From contig CAVRUT010000013.1 in NCBI GenBank assembly GCA_963724465.1, forward strand, positions 64,958 to 128,957: a stretch of 64,000 nucleotides of DNA, read 5' to 3'. The position numbers were made by a program, and so were the translations under genes. Shown in pieces: positions 53,533 through 62,416 of this stretch. This DNA comes from an uncultured Acidobacteriota bacterium (lineage in GTDB: Bacteria > Acidobacteriota > Thermoanaerobaculia > UBA5066 > Gp7-AA6). Each line of letters opens with the position of its first letter. Position 1 is the stretch's first letter. The notes below the pieces were generated by a model. It had not been told where the DNA came from and searched no databases. It saw only the letters and a list, made by a program, of their open reading frames with translations.

Positions 53533-56500
53533 ATGCGCAAGCGGCTGCTCACGGTCTGGACGCTCCTCTGCCTGGCGCTCGGGCCCGGCCACGCACCGCC
53601 CGCCTTCGCCGCCGACCCCCCGAAAGAGGAGGCAAAGGACAAGAAGCCGGACCCCGCGGCGGACATCAACAAGCCGCGCGCCGACGCGCGCAAGATCGCC
53701 TTCGAGACGACCGAGGGAACGTGGATGTCCGTGGACGTCTCGCCCAACGGGCAGACGATCGCCTTCGACCTGCTCGGCGACATCTACGCCGTCCCGATCT
53801 CGGGCGGCGCGGCGCGCGCGATCACGAGCGGCCCGGCGTTCGACTCGCACCCCCGCTTCTCGCCCGACGGCAAGACGATCGCCTTCACGAGCGACCGCAG
53901 CGGCATGGAGAACGTCTGGCTCATGGACGCCGACGGCAAGGATCCACGGGCGCTGACGACCGAGAAGGACGCCTACGTGCGCAGTGCCGTGTGGACTCCC
54001 GACGGCAGCTACCTCGTCGCGCGAAAGGAAGACGGCAAGCGTGCCGGTATCCCGCCGGTCGAGCTCTGGATCTACCACCGCGAGGGAGGCGGGGGCATCA
54101 AGCTCACCTCCTCGGACGACGTCAACAACACCGGCGGCGCGGCCGTCTCGCGGGACGGGAAATCCATCTACTACGCCGCGCGGCAGCGCCGCTTCAACTA
54201 CATCCCCAACCTGCAGGACGGCCTCTGGCAGATCTGGCGCTACGACCGCGACCTCGCCGAAAGCTTCCCGGTGACGACCGGCTTCGGCGGCGCCGTGCGC
54301 CCGGCCGTTTCCCCCGACGGCAAGACGCTCGTGTTCATCTCGCGGCGCGACGACGACACGGTCATGGTCGCGCGCAACCTCGCGTCGGGTGCCGAGCGGA
54401 TCCTCGCGCGCGCCGTCACGCGCGACGAGGAGGAGGGCTTCGCCCAGATGGACCTCTGGCCCAACTACGCCTTCACGCCGGACGGCAAGGCGCTCGTCTT
54501 CTCCGACAACGGTCACTTGACGCGTCTCGACGTCGCGGGCGGTACGAGGCAGGAGATTCCCTTCACGGCCGCTGTCGAGCAGTTCGTCGCGCCCCGCGTG
54601 ACGTGGCAGGAGAAAGTCGAGTCGGGGCCCGTGCGCGCGCGCATCCTGCGCTGGCCCGGCCAGTCTCCGGACGGACGCTGGATCGCCTTCCAGGCCTTCG
54701 GGCGGGTCTGGCTTCAGGAGCTCGCGGGCGGCAAGACCGTCGGCACGCCCCGCCGCCTGACGAAGGACGATCCGGCCCTTCCGAGGCGAGAGTACGCGCC
54801 CGTCTTCGCCCCCGACGGAAAATGGATCGCCTACGTCTCCTGGAGCGACGCCGAGGGCGGGCACGTCTGGAAGGCGCCCGCCGTCCCCGGAGCGGCGCCG
54901 GTCAAGCTCACGAAGCACGCCGGCCACTACGCCAACCCGTCCTGGTCGCCGAAGGGAGACCGCCTCGCCGTGCTGCGCGGCTCGGGCCTCGAGTTCCGCG
55001 GCCATCAGCCCGAGGAGGAGGACTTCTTCGAGATCGGCGTGCTCGACGCGGCGGGCGGAGAGATTCGATTCGTGACGGCCGTCAAGCTCGGCGACGTGAT
55101 GAAGTTCCATCCCCAGGCCTTCTGGAGCGCCGACGGCACGCGTCTCTACTATCGAGACCCGATCGAGCCGAAGAAACCGACCGACGACCCGAAAAACGAC
55201 CTCGTTTCGGTCCGTCTCGACGGCACGGACAAGAAACGGCACATCCGGTTCCCCGCCGTGGACGACGTCGTCCCGTCGCCGGACGGGCGGTGGATCGTCT
55301 TCACGTCGCGGGACAACGTGTACGTGACGGCCATGCCGCCCGTTTTCACCAAGGAGCCGCCCGAGGTCTCTCTGAAGGAGGGCGCGGTGCCCGTCTACCG
55401 TCTTTCGGACGACGCCGGCGGCTACGTGAGCTGGGCCGACGGCGGCAAGACGATCACCTGGGCGCTCGCCAACACGTTCTACCGCCTTCCGCTCTCGGCG
55501 GCGCTCGACTTCGCCCGCGAGCAACGGCGCAAGGCCGAGGAGAAGGCGAAGGAGGAGGAAGCGAAAAAGTCGCAGCCCGACACCGAGAAAGACAAGGCAG
55601 ACAAGGAGAAGGAAAAGGTCCAGGAATCCAAGGTGCCCAAGTCCGAGACGATCGAGCTCGTTCTGACCGCGCCTCGCCCGGCGCCCGAGGGCTCGTTCCT
55701 CCTGCGGGGCGCGCGCGTCATCCCGATGCAGGGCGAGGCGGTCCTCGAGAACACCGACGTCCTGGTCACGGGCAACCGCATCGCCGCAATCGGCCCCTCG
55801 GGTTCGCTCGCCGTGCCGGCCGGCACCCGCGTCTATGACGCGAAGGGCGAGACCGTCATCCCGGGCTTCATCGACACCCACGCGCACCTGCACTACTCCG
55901 GCTTCGAGCTCTTCCCGGAGGCGAAGTGGGAGTACCTCGCCAACCTCGCCTACGGCGTGACGACCGTGTACGACCCCTCGGCGCCCTCGCTCGACGTGTT
56001 CGCTCAGGCCGAGGACGTGGAGGCGGGACTGATGGTCGGCCCGCGCGTCTACTCGTCGGGCGACGTCCTGTACGGCGGCCAGCAGGCCGACGTCTTCGCC
56101 GAGGTGAACAACCTCGAGGACGCCAGGCACCAGGTGCGCCGGATGAAGGCCTATGGCGCCCGGATGATCAAGGTCTACCAGCAGCCGCGGCGCTCGCAGC
56201 GCATCTACTTCGCCGAGGCCTGCCGGGATCTGCATATGCTGCTGACCGCCGAGGGCGCGGGAGAGCTGCAAACCGACCTGACGATGGCGATGGACGGCTA
56301 CACGGCGTGGGAGCACGCGCTGCCGGTCGCCCTCGGGAAGGACACGGTCGAGTTCTTCGCGAAGTCCACGACCTTCTACACCCCGACCCTGCTCGTCGCC
56401 TACGGCGGGCCGTGGGGCGAGCTCTACTACTGGCAGACCGCCAACCCGCACGACGACCCGAAGCTGAACCGCTTCGTCCCCCACGAGTCGCTCGACCGGA

Positions 56501-56943
56501 TGGCGCGGCGGCACCCGTGGATCTGGCCGTCCGAGTACCACTTCCCCACCGTCGCTCACGGCGCGGCCGAGATCCTGCGCGCGGGCGGCAACGTCGCGCT
56601 CGGCGCTCACGGGCAGCTTCAGGGGCTGGGTCCTCACTGGGAAGTCTGGGCCATGGCGGGCGAGGGCGCGCCGCACAAGAACTGGGCCATGACCCCCATG
56701 GAGGCCCTGCGTGCCTCGACCATCCTGGCCGCCGAGAAGATCGGCTTTGCGCCCGACCTCGGCTCGATCGAGCAAGGCAAGCTCGCGGACTTCATGGTCC
56801 TCGACGCGAACCCCCTCGACGACATCCACAACACGACGAAGATCCGGTGGGTCGTCAAGAACGGCGAGGTCTGGGAGGGCGAGACCATGAAGAAGGTCTG
56901 GCCGCGCGAGGAACCGCCGCCGAAGTTCTTCTGGAAACATTAG
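53533..56943 (+). CDS. exported TolB-like beta-propeller (PD40 repeats) fused to metal-dependent amidohydrolase domain
   Basis: 1136 aa with signal peptide, repeated SPDG/SPNG-type propeller blades, Lys/Glu-rich linker, then PGFIDTHAHLHYSG (HxH) and C-terminal GKLADFMVLD amidohydrolase signatures. Confidence 0.85.
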   Translation: MRKRLLTVWTLLCLALGPGHAPPAFAADPPKEEAKDKKPDPAADINKPRADARKIAFETTEGTWMSVDVSPNGQTIAFDLLGDIYAVPISGGAARAITSGPAFDSHPRFSPDGKTIAFTSDRSGMENVWLMDADGKDPRALTTEKDAYVRSAVWTPDGSYLVARKEDGKRAGIPPVELWIYHREGGGGIKLTSSDDVNNTGGAAVSRDGKSIYYAARQRRFNYIPNLQDGLWQIWRYDRDLAESFPVTTGFGGAVRPAVSPDGKTLVFISRRDDDTVMVARNLASGAERILARAVTRDEEEGFAQMDLWPNYAFTPDGKALVFSDNGHLTRLDVAGGTRQEIPFTAAVEQFVAPRVTWQEKVESGPVRARILRWPGQSPDGRWIAFQAFGRVWLQELAGGKTVGTPRRLTKDDPALPRREYAPVFAPDGKWIAYVSWSDAEGGHVWKAPAVPGAAPVKLTKHAGHYANPSWSPKGDRLAVLRGSGLEFRGHQPEEEDFFEIGVLDAAGGEIRFVTAVKLGDVMKFHPQAFWSADGTRLYYRDPIEPKKPTDDPKNDLVSVRLDGTDKKRHIRFPAVDDVVPSPDGRWIVFTSRDNVYVTAMPPVFTKEPPEVSLKEGAVPVYRLSDDAGGYVSWADGGKTITWALANTFYRLPLSAALDFAREQRRKAEEKAKEEEAKKSQPDTEKDKADKEKEKVQESKVPKSETIELVLTAPRPAPEGSFLLRGARVIPMQGEAVLENTDVLVTGNRIAAIGPSGSLAVPAGTRVYDAKGETVIPGFIDTHAHLHYSGFELFPEAKWEYLANLAYGVTTVYDPSAPSLDVFAQAEDVEAGLMVGPRVYSSGDVLYGGQQADVFAEVNNLEDARHQVRRMKAYGARMIKVYQQPRRSQRIYFAEACRDLHMLLTAEGAGELQTDLTMAMDGYTAWEHALPVALGKDTVEFFAKSTTFYTPTLLVAYGGPWGELYYWQTANPHDDPKLNRFVPHESLDRMARRHPWIWPSEYHFPTVAHGAAEILRAGGNVALGAHGQLQGLGPHWEVWAMAGEGAPHKNWAMTPMEALRASTILAAEKIGFAPDLGSIEQGKLADFMVLDANPLDDIHNTTKIRWVVKNGEVWEGETMKKVWPREEPPPKFFWKH

Positions 56944-57027
56944 CGCTCGAGACTCGGCCCGGGCGGCCCGGAGGGCCGCCGCCCTACGGCCGACGACTCG
57001 GACCCTTCGCGGTAGACTCTGCCGCCA

Positions 57028-57891
57028 ATGACTCCGCCCGTCTCCCGGCGCGTGGGCGTGTATCTCGCTCTCACGTTCGCCTTCTCGTCCTACTTCTACT
57101 TCCTGATCATCCGTGCGGGAACGCTCGGGGGCGGCGGCGGCCGCTGGGTCGTGGGACTCATGTGGTGCCCGGCTGCCGCGGCGATCCTCGCGTCACTCCT
57201 GACGGGACGGCGGCTGTCTGCCATCGGCTGGCGTTGGAGCTGGCGCTACGCAGGGCTCGCCTACGTCATTCCAATCGGCTATGCCGCCGTGGCGTACGGG
57301 GCGACGTGGGCGTTCGGGCTTGGCGGATTCCCTGATCCAGGATTCGTCGCGAAGATCGCGGTGCGCCTGGGCCTGGCGGGGCGCCCCGAGGCCCTCGTGA
57401 TCGGCCGGTACGTCCTCCTTCAGGGAAGCGTCGGCTTTCTGATCTCCTGCCTGTCTGCCACCGGCGAGGAGATCGGCTGGCGAGGCTTCCTCGTTCCGGA
57501 GCTCGCGCGGAGCATGCCGTTCGCCCGCGTCGCTCTCGTTTCCTCGGCAATCTGGGCGATCTGGCACTATCCGATCCTCCTCTTCGCCGACTACAACGGC
57601 GGCACGCCGCCCTGGTACGGTCTCCTGTGCTTCACGGTGCTGGTCCTCGGCATCGGCTTCGTGTTCGCGTGGATCCGCCTGAAGTCCGGCAGCGTCTGGC
57701 CGGCGGCGATCCTGCACGCCTCACACAACCTCTGGATCCAGCAGGTCTTCGATCCGCTCACGGCCGAGACCCGCCGGACGAAATGGATCATCGGTGAGTT
57801 CGGGGCCGCGCTTGCGATCGTGTCGACCGGCGTGGCATGGCTCGTCTGGCGGCGGAGCGATCTCGCGCTGCCTTTGCAGGAGGCGCGATGA
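57028..57891 (+). CDS. CPBP family intramembrane glutamic endopeptidase (second copy)
   Basis: ATGEEIGWRGFL and AAILHASHN motifs in a polytopic membrane protein. Confidence 0.75.
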   Translation: MTPPVSRRVGVYLALTFAFSSYFYFLIIRAGTLGGGGGRWVVGLMWCPAAAAILASLLTGRRLSAIGWRWSWRYAGLAYVIPIGYAAVAYGATWAFGLGGFPDPGFVAKIAVRLGLAGRPEALVIGRYVLLQGSVGFLISCLSATGEEIGWRGFLVPELARSMPFARVALVSSAIWAIWHYPILLFADYNGGTPPWYGLLCFTVLVLGIGFVFAWIRLKSGSVWPAAILHASHNLWIQQVFDPLTAETRRTKWIIGEFGAALAIVSTGVAWLVWRRSDLALPLQEAR

Positions 57892-59348
57892 AGAAGCTGC
57901 TCAAGTGGGTCTTTGGTCTGGCGGCCGGCCTCGTCCTCGTCGTCGTAACGATCATCCTGCTGCGCGCCTTCGACGCCCGCGGAAAGGCCCCGCTCGAGCC
58001 CTGGCACGGCACGCTCGCCTCGGAGGTCCGCGCCAGGGACCTTCCGCCCGCCGCGACGCTCGCCGACTACCTCCGGCTCGAGGACGCCGTCTTCGTCGAG
58101 ATGGAGAAGGTGGTCGCGGCGATGCCGGCCGCCAAGCGGACGCCCTACAACCGCTACGCGCCGGACTCGCCCGTCAACCCGCTGCGCTTCCCGAAGAACT
58201 GGAACCGCACGTACGAGATCGTCCCGGAGGGAGATGTCCGCGGCGGCGTCCTCCTTATGCACGGGCTGACGGACTCGCCCTACAGCGTCAAGGCCGCCGC
58301 CGAGGTTTACGCCCACGAAGGCTTCTACGCGCTGGCCCTCCGCGTGCCCGGCCACGGCACGATCCCGGGCGCGCTGACCGTGGCACGCTGGCAGGACTGG
58401 CGCGCCGCCGCGCGCCTGGGCGCGCGGGCCGTTCGGGCCCGCGTGGGGGCGAAGCTGCCCTTCCACATCGTCGGCTACTCGAACGGCGGCGCGCTCGCCG
58501 TCCAGTACGCGCTCGACGCGCTGGGCGACGCCGGGCTCCCGAAGCCCGACCGTGTCGTCCTGATGTCGCCGATGATCGGCGTGACGCGCTTCTCGGGGCT
58601 CGCCACCCGAATCGCCAGGCTGGTCGAGGCCGTCGGCAAGATTCCCTACTTCGCGCAGTCGCGCTGGATGGACATCCAGCCCGAGTACAACCCGTTCAAG
58701 TACAACTCGTTTCCCGCCTTCGCCGGCCAGCAGACCACCGAGATCACCGGCGAAATCCAGGCGTCGATCGAGAGAGAGGCCTCGAGCGGGCGGATCAAGC
58801 AGCTCCCGCCCATCCTCGCGTTCACGTCCCTCGTGGACTCCACCGTGGAGACCTGGGCGACCGTCGACGCGCTCTTCGGTCGGCTGCAGGACAACGGCAG
58901 CGAGCTCGTCCTCTTCGACGTGAACCGCTCGGCGGTCGCCCTGGGATTCCTGAAGAACAACTTCGACGCGCGCCTCGCGGCGCTCTTCGCGGACTCGGGC
59001 CGCCGCTACCGGCTCTCGCTCGTGACCAACGCCCGCGCGGGCGCCCCGGAAGCGGTCGTGCGGTCGCTCGCCCCGGGATCCACCGAGGTCGCCGAGACGC
59101 CGCTCGGCCTCGCATGGCCGCCGCAGATCTTCTCGCTGTCCCACCTCGCCGTGCCGTTTCGTCCGGACGACCCGCTCTTCGGCATCGCGCCGGACGTTTC
59201 GGTCAGCTACGGGCTGCGGCTCGGACTGCTCGCGCCTCGCGGCGAGCGCGGCGTCCTCACGGTGCCCATCGATCAGTGGATGCGCCTCAATTGCAACCCG
59301 TTCTTCGGTCTTCTCGAAACGAAGGTCCTCGAGGCGATCAGGAGGTAG
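57888..59348 (+). CDS. membrane-anchored alpha/beta hydrolase (lysophospholipase-like)
   Basis: ATG 57888 (MKKLLKWVFGLAAGLVLVVVTIILL) overlaps the upstream stop (ATGA). HGLTDSPYS and nucleophile elbow VGYSNGG. Confidence 0.75.
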   Translation: MKKLLKWVFGLAAGLVLVVVTIILLRAFDARGKAPLEPWHGTLASEVRARDLPPAATLADYLRLEDAVFVEMEKVVAAMPAAKRTPYNRYAPDSPVNPLRFPKNWNRTYEIVPEGDVRGGVLLMHGLTDSPYSVKAAAEVYAHEGFYALALRVPGHGTIPGALTVARWQDWRAAARLGARAVRARVGAKLPFHIVGYSNGGALAVQYALDALGDAGLPKPDRVVLMSPMIGVTRFSGLATRIARLVEAVGKIPYFAQSRWMDIQPEYNPFKYNSFPAFAGQQTTEITGEIQASIEREASSGRIKQLPPILAFTSLVDSTVETWATVDALFGRLQDNGSELVLFDVNRSAVALGFLKNNFDARLAALFADSGRRYRLSLVTNARAGAPEAVVRSLAPGSTEVAETPLGLAWPPQIFSLSHLAVPFRPDDPLFGIAPDVSVSYGLRLGLLAPRGERGVLTVPIDQWMRLNCNPFFGLLETKVLEAIRR

Positions 59349-59408
59349 GAGTTTCGCCCAGACGCTCGAGTACGTACCGCCGGATGTCCAGGCTCTGGTC
59401 TTCCATCG

Positions 59409-59990
59409 GTGCGTAGTAGCCGAAGCGGTGGACGGCGAGGACGTGCCGCGCTGGACCCGCTCGCAGATGGCAGAGATCGCCCCGGCGAGCTGATCCACGT
59501 TGACATCAAGAAGTTGGGCAAGATCAAACTCATCGGCCATCGCATCACTGGTGACCGAAGCAAACGCGCTCGAGGTGCCGGCTGGGAGTTCGTTCACGTC
59601 GCCATCGACGACGCCTCCCGCATGGCTTACGCCGAGGTCCTGCCTAATGAACGGTCGCCTTCCTCCACGGTCTTCCTCCGACGCTCGGTCGCCTGGTTCC
59701 AACACCGCGGCCTCAAAGTCCGGTCTGTCATGTCCGACAACGGCTCCTGCTACAAGGCTATGTTCGATGCTGCCTGTCAGCGACTCCAGCTCCGTCACCT
59801 ACGCACCAAGCCCTACCACCCTCAAACCAACGGCAAGGCTGAACGCTTCATCCAGACCCTGCTCCGAGACTGGGCCTACAAACGTCCCTACCCAACCTCG
59901 GCGCACCGAACTCAACGCCTCCCTCGCTTCCTCAACTACTACAATCTCAGGAGACCCCATGCTTGCCAGTCCTGGCGGTCGATGAGGGCC
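59409..59990 (+). mobile_element. IS481-family (rve/DDE) transposase remnant, N-terminally deleted
   Basis: PGELIHVDIKKLGKI...GHRITG...WEFVHVAIDDASR...VMSDNGSCY...TKPYHPQTNGKAERF...YNLRRPH. Only a trace of the HTH region (PRWTRSQMAEIAP, then a stop). GC content drops visibly. No inverted repeats found. Confidence 0.7.
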
Positions 59991-60029
59991 CCAGAACTCG
60001 ACCGCATCGGAGGAGTCGAGGCTGGGGCG

Positions 60030-60207
60030 CACCATCTCGGCGGGGTCGAAGAGGAAGAAAGTCGAGAACGTGAACGCCGCCCGGCTCCGGCAGCGTATCC
60101 GCGCGGCCGGCGCAGAACCACTCGCGGCTGAAGATCCGCTCGCGCTCGCGAGCGAAGATCTCCTCCGACAGATAGTACGCGCTCGGCAGCGACTTCTCGA
60201 GAGCCAT
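60030..60207 (-). pseudogene. 5' fragment of a Rieske-type oxygenase alpha-subunit gene, truncated at the IS remnant
   Basis: MALEKSLPSAYYLSEEIFARERERIFSREWFCAGRADTLPEPGG matches the conserved N-terminus of ring-hydroxylating/GbcA-like oxygenases. No Rieske CxH...CxxH follows. Confidence 0.5.
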
Positions 60208-60214
60208 CGCCTGG

Positions 60215-61201
60215 CTATTTGCCCTCGTGTTCGTAGTACTCGTAGGCCGACATCGGCTTCGAGTAGTCCACCCTCCACTGGCGGTTCTCCTGCGGAAGCT
60301 TGCCGAGGGCGCGGGCCATCTCGCGGACGTGGACCGCGACCGAGCCGCAGCAGGAGCCGATGTAGTTGATGCCGAGGTCGCGCGCCTGCTCGGCCCAGCG
60401 CGCCATCTCGCGCCGCGAGTGCTGGAGCGGGTCGAGCTCGAAGGGAAAGGCCTCCAGGCTCGTGAAATCCGGCCGGTCCACCGGGGTCCGGTAGCCGACC
60501 GGCTGGCAGGCGACGTAGCCCTGGACGGCCTTGCGCATCTGCTCGATCAGCGGCAGCGTCGTCTCGGGCCCCCGCAGGCAGTTGATGCCGACGATGTCCG
60601 CGCCCGCGTCCTGGAGCGCCCGGGCGCAGTCGGCCGCCGTCTGGCCGTCGGAGGTGACCGGCTTGTTCTCGAAGCAGACCGTGACCATCACCGGAAGCTT
60701 CGTCGTCTTCGCGCGCTCGACGGCGAGCAGCGCCTCGCCCAGCCACGAGAACGTCTCGCCGATGACGAAGTCGATGCCCTCGTCGAGCTGCACGGCCAGC
60801 TGCTCGTCGAAGGTCCTGCGGACGCGGTCGTAGGAGGCGGGGCTGCCGTGCTCGTACATCCACGTCAGCGAGAGGTTCCCCGCGACGAGGCACCGTTCGC
60901 CCGCGACCTCGTTGGCGATCCGCACGGCCGCGCGGTTCAGCTCCTCGAGGCGATTTTCGAGCCCCACGGTCGCCAGCTTGTCGCGGCTGGCGTAGAAGGT
61001 CAGCGCCTGGAGCACCTCGGCGCCCGCCTCGCGAAACTCCGTGTGGAGTTCCTTGAGCGCGGCGGGCCGCGTCAGAACGACCTCCGGCGTGAACGGGCCG
61101 GCGCGCACCCAGCCCCGTTTTTCGAGCTCGAGCAGGTAACCGCCGTCGCCCAGCACGGGGCCTTCGGCCAGTCGCTCCAGGATCCCTTTCTTCTTTGTCA
61201 A
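60215..61201 (-). CDS. betaine--homocysteine S-methyltransferase-like (Pfam S-methyl_trans) protein
   Basis: KKGILERLAEGPVLGDGGYLLELEKRGWVRAGPFTPEVV...FYASRDKL closely parallels animal BHMT as I recall it. Zinc Cys ligands GINCL and GSCCG. Confidence 0.8.
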   Translation of the reverse strand: MTKKKGILERLAEGPVLGDGGYLLELEKRGWVRAGPFTPEVVLTRPAALKELHTEFREAGAEVLQALTFYASRDKLATVGLENRLEELNRAAVRIANEVAGERCLVAGNLSLTWMYEHGSPASYDRVRRTFDEQLAVQLDEGIDFVIGETFSWLGEALLAVERAKTTKLPVMVTVCFENKPVTSDGQTAADCARALQDAGADIVGINCLRGPETTLPLIEQMRKAVQGYVACQPVGYRTPVDRPDFTSLEAFPFELDPLQHSRREMARWAEQARDLGINYIGSCCGSVAVHVREMARALGKLPQENRQWRVDYSKPMSAYEYYEHEGK

Positions 61202-61219
61202 ACTCGCCTCCTCGTCATC

Positions 61220-62416
61220 TCACGTATACGCCGTCGGTTCCTCGTCGCCGTATTCCCATTCGGCCTTGATCGGCCGGTTCTTCGCGAAGCGCTCCGGATC
61301 GAACGCCGCGATGTCCACGGTCTTCGCGCGCCCGTCGAGCAGGAGCTCCGACACGACGAGGCCGATCGCCGGCGAGATCTTGAAGCCCATTCCCGAGAAC
61401 CCGCACACGACGTAGAGGCCCCGCGTGCCCGGTGCCTCGCCGATGAGCGGGCGAAAATCGGGGCTGACGTCGTAGACGCCCGTCACGCCCCGCCAGATCG
61501 CGGCGTCGGCGAGCGCCGGAACGCGGCCGACCGCGCGCTCGACGAGGCCCGCGAGCGATTCCGGCGACGCCGACTGCGCGTACGAGTCCGGATCTACGCC
61601 CCTCTTTCCCCAGAAGTCGCCGACGAGGGTGAGGCCACCGACCTCGGGGCGGAAGTAGGTCGTCGTGATGCCGTCGATGCACGCCGGCCCCACGCCCGAA
61701 AGGCCTGCCGGGTTCTTCAGGACCGCGACCTCGTGATACTCGCCCTCGACCGGCAGTTCGAAGCCCACGCCGGCAAAGAGCGGCCGGCTCCAGGGCCCGA
61801 TCGCCGCCACGACGACCGGGGCGGCGACGTCGCCCCGGTCGGTCGCGACCCCCGTCACCCGGCCGCGCTCGACGCGAAACGCCGTGACCCGGGTCTGCGA
61901 GCGGTAGACCACGCCCATCTCGCGCGCCCGCTCGAGAAAGTCGGTCGCGACACCGGCGCCGTCCCCGTGGCCCGACCCCGGCTCCCAGGCCGCCTGCGGG
62001 ACGTCGTCCACGTTCCAGTCCGGCGCGATCTCGGCGAGCTCGCCGCGGTCGACGACGCGCGCGTCCACCCCGTGCTCGCGCTGCATAGCGACGTTCTTCT
62101 CGAGGCGCGGCAGCTCCGCCTCCGGGACGATGCGCACGAAGCCGGTCTGACGGAACTGGCCGTCCCGGCCCACGTAGTCCTTCCAGGTCCGGAAGATCTC
62201 GAGGCTCTTGACCGCCAGGTCCACTTCGGGAGGGAAGCTGTAGTGCATGCGGACCAGGGCCGAGGAGCGGCCGCTGCCGCCGCCGGCGACGTCGCCCTTG
62301 TCGAGGACGAGGATGCGGCCGGCCTTGCGGCGCGCGAGGTGGAATGCGATCGACGCTCCCATGACCCCGGCGCCGAGGATGACGACGTCGGCCGTCCCGT
62401 CCAGGTCGCCGCTCAC
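61220..62416 (-). CDS. FAD-dependent oxidoreductase (DAO family; sarcosine/dimethylglycine oxidase-like)
   Basis: C-terminal 398 codons of track ORF 61220..63988. GTG 62416 gives ADVVILGAGVMGASIAFHLA (GxGxxG) and overlaps the stop of the upstream gene (GTGA). Confidence 0.8.
   Translation of the reverse strand: MSGDLDGTADVVILGAGVMGASIAFHLARRKAGRILVLDKGDVAGGGSGRSSALVRMHYSFPPEVDLAVKSLEIFRTWKDYVGRDGQFRQTGFVRIVPEAELPRLEKNVAMQREHGVDARVVDRGELAEIAPDWNVDDVPQAAWEPGSGHGDGAGVATDFLERAREMGVVYRSQTRVTAFRVERGRVTGVATDRGDVAAPVVVAAIGPWSRPLFAGVGFELPVEGEYHEVAVLKNPAGLSGVGPACIDGITTTYFRPEVGGLTLVGDFWGKRGVDPDSYAQSASPESLAGLVERAVGRVPALADAAIWRGVTGVYDVSPDFRPLIGEAPGTRGLYVVCGFSGMGFKISPAIGLVVSELLLDGRAKTVDIAAFDPERFAKNRPIKAEWEYGDEEPTAYT

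Noticed and set aside
53446-56940. 1164-aa minus-strand ORF covering the whole propeller/amidohydrolase gene
   Set aside because: Antisense to a gene with a signal peptide, PD40 repeats and amidohydrolase HxH motifs. Its own translation is low-complexity (R, G, D, V, H, A rich) with no recognisable domain.
59338-59450. Minus-strand fragment ...HVLAVHRFGYYAPMEDQSLDIRRYVLERLGETPTS-stop, possibly the 3' remnant of the disrupted oxygenase gene
   Set aside because: It looks protein-like, but I cannot match it to a known C-terminus. The + strand of the same stretch can be read as a trace of the IS481 HTH region. With all frames open in this GC-rich DNA the call is not supportable without a database search.
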